A DNA stretch of 59,930 bases, from positions 1 to 59,930 of IMG/VR virus record IMGVR_UViG_3300021962_000115. One strand, written 5' to 3'. Origin of the DNA: a virus (taxonomy: Duplodnaviria; Caudoviricetes). The translations under genes and the position numbers were made by a program. Shown here piece after piece: positions 57,801 to 59,930 of this stretch. The notes under the pieces were generated by a model. It searched no databases and was not told where the DNA came from. It saw only the letters and a program-made list of their open reading frames with translations. Numbering within the stretch: position 1 is the first letter of the stretch; each line of letters opens with the position of its first letter.

Positions 57801-59930
57801 TAACCCATCTACAACAGATTTAATTAGAAGTGAGGAACTTGCAACAGAAGGTGTTGCTGGTGAGTTATTCCAAAACTTATACTTTGCATCTAAGAATCCA
57901 GCATTACTTAATAACTACACACCATTAATAGACAATGTTCTATTAGATGAACTGAACCGTGGTATTGAGTTAGCAGGTAATAAGAATGAAGATGCACTAA
58001 CAGATTATGATTCTGCAATTGCTATTGAGTCTATTGACTCTCTCTTAGCTGAAGTAACAGATGCTACTTTTAAAAGCAAGGGTGCTTTAGATGCTAGTGT
58101 ATCTATCATTACAAATGAAGAAAATAAGGCTAAGTTCTTCAACTTTGCTAAGCAAAGATTTGAGAAACAAATTAAAGATATCCAAGATAAATTAGAAGTA
58201 AAGCCAGCTAAATCTTTTAACTCTTTTGAAACTCTTAAGAACCTTGAAGACAATGCGGTTGCTATCCTTAGAACTACTAAGGGTGATGATAAGTATGTTT
58301 TCCTTAGAGGTCAAGTTGAAGATTTTAATAATCTAGACCTAAACACTAAAGGTGGTGAGAGAATTAAGGGTGAATTATTTGGTGGTGTTGTTGAAATTAT
58401 AGGTGACTATTTTAATCACAATAAGATAAAGGGTAGGAATGAAGCAGGAGCAGGAATAATTATAGTAAATACTATTGAAGAAGCTCAAGCTCAATTTGAT
58501 GCTTATGCAAAAGCACAAGAAAAATTAGATAAGGAATCAAGATCCTATACAAATATTGAACTATTTCCAGATAGAACTGTAAATGCATTTGAAGTTAATT
58601 ATGATCAAGGACAACTCTTAGATAATCTAAGGATCCTTCAGTCAATGGTTAACAACTGGGAGAACACAATTAGGTACTTTACTAAAAACTCTGCGTTTAA
58701 CATCATGACTAAAAAAGTCACTGTTAAAATGCAAGAAGAAGATCCTACTGATGAAGCTCAGACAGATCCAACTAAAGCACAGACATTTGATAAGACCTAT
58801 GATGTAAACCTACTAGACATTGCAGATAAAGAAGTAGTATACATTCTCAAAAGTTTATTTGCAGTAACTAGAGACAATAGTGGTAAACCTATATATCAGT
58901 ACAATAAACTGGGGTATAGGAAGCTTGCAAACTATAAGAAGGTTTGGAATGCTGTAGTACGAGCTACTAATAGCACAAAGGACCCACAAGAGATGTACAA
59001 GAATATTGTCAATGCTGTAGCTACTTATCCTGAGTTACAACAACTTGTAGAGAGTAGATTACCTAATCCACAACTTGTTGGTGCTCAGGGATATACAGGA
59101 AATGTAAGTAGAGCATTTGATATCACAACATCTTTCTGGTCTGTATTTAGTTTACCCAGAGTCCCTTATATGCAGTTAACTGTATTCAAGGACGGTGATA
59201 ATGTTACTGGAGTTGAAGTAACTAATGCTGCAACAGATATTGGTAATACAATTAGAAAGTTTGAAAACAACTTTGCATCAAGACTAGACAGCTACTTTAC
59301 ACGTAGAGATGAGAACAATAAAACAGTACTAAAACTTGGTGCTGTTGTAGATGCATTCAGTGATAAAGCTGGTAACTTTATATCAGGTAGAGAATTTGAA
59401 TTCTTAAATGCTATTGGATTTAGCCTTGATGATATTGGTAAAATTAAAACTGCTCTATCTAATCCCGCAAACAAACAGAAGTTTGGAATTGATTATATCT
59501 TCAAAACAGTAAAAGATCTATATGAAGCAGAAGCTGCAGGATCAATGACTGATGCTGCAAGAAGATATCTAAATGACTTCATTTCTAAACCAATTACTAC
59601 ATTAAAAAAGGGTGTTGAGCCAGGAGTAATAGGTTTAAGAAATAGTTTCTTATTTACAAGAGGTTCAAAGCAAACTCAGATTGATAAGATCATTGAACTA
59701 CAAAACAAATTTGGTGCAGCATCTTCAACATTTTCAGTTCAAAATCCAGAGAAGAATAGAGTAAATGAGCATGTCAATGATAGTACACTAACAGTTATTG
59801 CAGATGGAATCAATACTTCTGCAATGAGAACTGATATGTATAGATTCGGCAAGACTACACAGCACTTGGATCCTAAAATGAATCCATTTGCTGAAGTATC
59901 TCTTGCACTAAAATCTATGTTCCTTCCTGA
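54862..59930 (+). CDS. 3'-truncated giant protein (>1689 aa) with zincin metallopeptidase motif; candidate virion RNA polymerase-bearing protein
   Basis: ATG 54862 (MAITCTLGRD...) has no stop before the window end, which explains its absence from the ORF track; YHEAWH at 57559-57576 followed by EEMLAEDF; RNAP role inferred from crAss-like synteny only. Confidence 0.75.
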   Translation, partial: MAITCTLGRDNIIKLLDAVYKKMLTVPEGEVFNVDEYINYLYNGFEKAQSRDVALQYIQQVPYVIGAVEAQLGGDLKLNIPIERLREITRAFRNAETGLNAIEEYLGLAPMTPEQLQAKANYTANTPTGTDAEPVSEGRATEIGDIALKSRTIFSSTGIEFLTLDPKTKTAETVEIIDKDKLRIYNTISRIYNATYNFDSTLGNPVYQGQEITLVPVALNKLPADQMTDELSALLAKMNAINKQGTGTGKVSLPSEVFLLVVSDRSGNPIYFNEVGDITDKKTGKLVYQTLRDVRETKDGYAVTNMYGYEKIITPAEEANLRYKEMGYTSKVDYEKQTGKSFKDLIEEVRLQQQEEAKQLFNLRQKLIKGEKFKLTITGASRGVSNKSIKENIRLDQIDSFYAELATEILNSIRILDTPAYGLKQGEAYIMLGEGIDQIYALDRADVKQELADKIGQILTSNDLSADEKFKLYSQFYAEEIVDVPDKTRRHQVYFDKDTGVLTFEYYEFTKQEMDAKGISLENNPVKQIDLTSPREGALKDIVYVLMHGKSSAKGKRYPAKFDYSRDLIKQGTYSDYVNGEIVEKSYHEFLKQQGAEIFLGKKGGLPLFNSYIKFAAPNTIVAEVAGTNEEPVDNRSEIRKFKDKMVEEILFAPEKSIKAKVTDVTPIQSNGPTTYNYNVTIEGQEGTHRFYGAQARVDVGDTYYLTVEDVIDNGFLYKDVVKARVESQKSGILDMGSLGETDFKTNEPAREPIPVQTVTAAKEAQKESLDKVEPFPNTVTEDQAAMGDVNLTNPQNTAQPEDASDISDLIASFQLERSSKLPNGVTAAQVEKALEWWSNSPLSQYIKLIQAANIVNSDVYAKFVAAGARLITDKSLDLDGKLGAIIINPTTGGTMVDGYHEAWHVFSQLFLTKEEKRALYDEVRKLKPEYAKLSSREVEEMLAEDFRSYALNPKVIKGQTKRNTLFRRILNFLKKLFRINPSTTDLIRSEELATEGVAGELFQNLYFASKNPALLNNYTPLIDNVLLDELNRGIELAGNKNEDALTDYDSAIAIESIDSLLAEVTDATFKSKGALDASVSIITNEENKAKFFNFAKQRFEKQIKDIQDKLEVKPAKSFNSFETLKNLEDNAVAILRTTKGDDKYVFLRGQVEDFNNLDLNTKGGERIKGELFGGVVEIIGDYFNHNKIKGRNEAGAGIIIVNTIEEAQAQFDAYAKAQEKLDKESRSYTNIELFPDRTVNAFEVNYDQGQLLDNLRILQSMVNNWENTIRYFTKNSAFNIMTKKVTVKMQEEDPTDEAQTDPTKAQTFDKTYDVNLLDIADKEVVYILKSLFAVTRDNSGKPIYQYNKLGYRKLANYKKVWNAVVRATNSTKDPQEMYKNIVNAVATYPELQQLVESRLPNPQLVGAQGYTGNVSRAFDITTSFWSVFSLPRVPYMQLTVFKDGDNVTGVEVTNAATDIGNTIRKFENNFASRLDSYFTRRDENNKTVLKLGAVVDAFSDKAGNFISGREFEFLNAIGFSLDDIGKIKTALSNPANKQKFGIDYIFKTVKDLYEAEAAGSMTDAARRYLNDFISKPITTLKKGVEPGVIGLRNSFLFTRGSKQTQIDKIIELQNKFGAASSTFSVQNPEKNRVNEHVNDSTLTVIADGINTSAMRTDMYRFGKTTQHLDPKMNPFAEVSLALKSMFLP

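Larger units (their letters stand above)
1..59930 (+). mobile_element. crAss-like (Crassvirales-type) bacteriophage genome segment: lysis, packaging, head, tail and ejection-protein modules
   Basis: Dense single-strand gene array with TerL-portal-scaffold-MCP order, ring/muzzle-like tail genes, two HU/IHF-like genes and giant downstream proteins, matching known crAss-like organisation; no host housekeeping genes or integrase seen. Confidence 0.85.

Noticed and set aside
3169-59474. Minus-strand and nested short ORFs in the six-frame track
   Set aside because: All overlap long plus-strand genes, have shadow-ORF composition and show no motifs or expression signals
1-59930. Stop-codon reassignment (TAG or TGA read-through), known in some crAss-like phages
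   Set aside because: Genes are long and tile the window in the standard code; TAG and TGA stops are followed promptly by new starts or intergenic signals
1-59930. tRNA/rRNA genes, integrase, or DGR reverse transcriptase
   Set aside because: Intergenic gaps are short and show no cloverleaf; no such protein motifs recognised by eye (a tRNAscan/HMM run would confirm)

Overview
A ~60 kb, AT-rich, intron-free and entirely plus-strand segment of a crAss-like (Crassvirales-type) phage genome, read in the standard genetic code. The host is probably a Bacteroidota member, because TAnnTTTG promoter boxes are present and Shine-Dalgarno sites are not evident. Gene order: end of a fibre/cement-type gene; a glycosidase-TPR-FkbM fusion; lysis genes; HU-like, Zn-finger and PD-(D/E)XK genes; terminase, portal, scaffold-like protein and major capsid protein; six small Lys-rich proteins; a ring protein and a Dps-like protein; a strongly Cys-rich structural block; tail ring and muzzle proteins; then very large internal-virion/ejection proteins. 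The last of these (54862 to the window end) is missing from the supplied ORF track and carries a zincin motif. Best novelty candidates: (1) matching C-terminal helix modules and N-terminal K(V/Y)RI strands that could chain four consecutive cargo proteins head-to-tail; (2) a recurring Phi-x-x-G-G motif in cargo and basic proteins, possibly a processing or packaging signal; (3) an intergenic hairpin whose loop is the exact antisense of an AAACCAACA motif found next to several start codons; (4) a conserved TAAAC-N5-GTTTA operator-like repeat ahead of TATATT promoter boxes. All family assignments come from motif recognition and synteny by eye; no searches were run.
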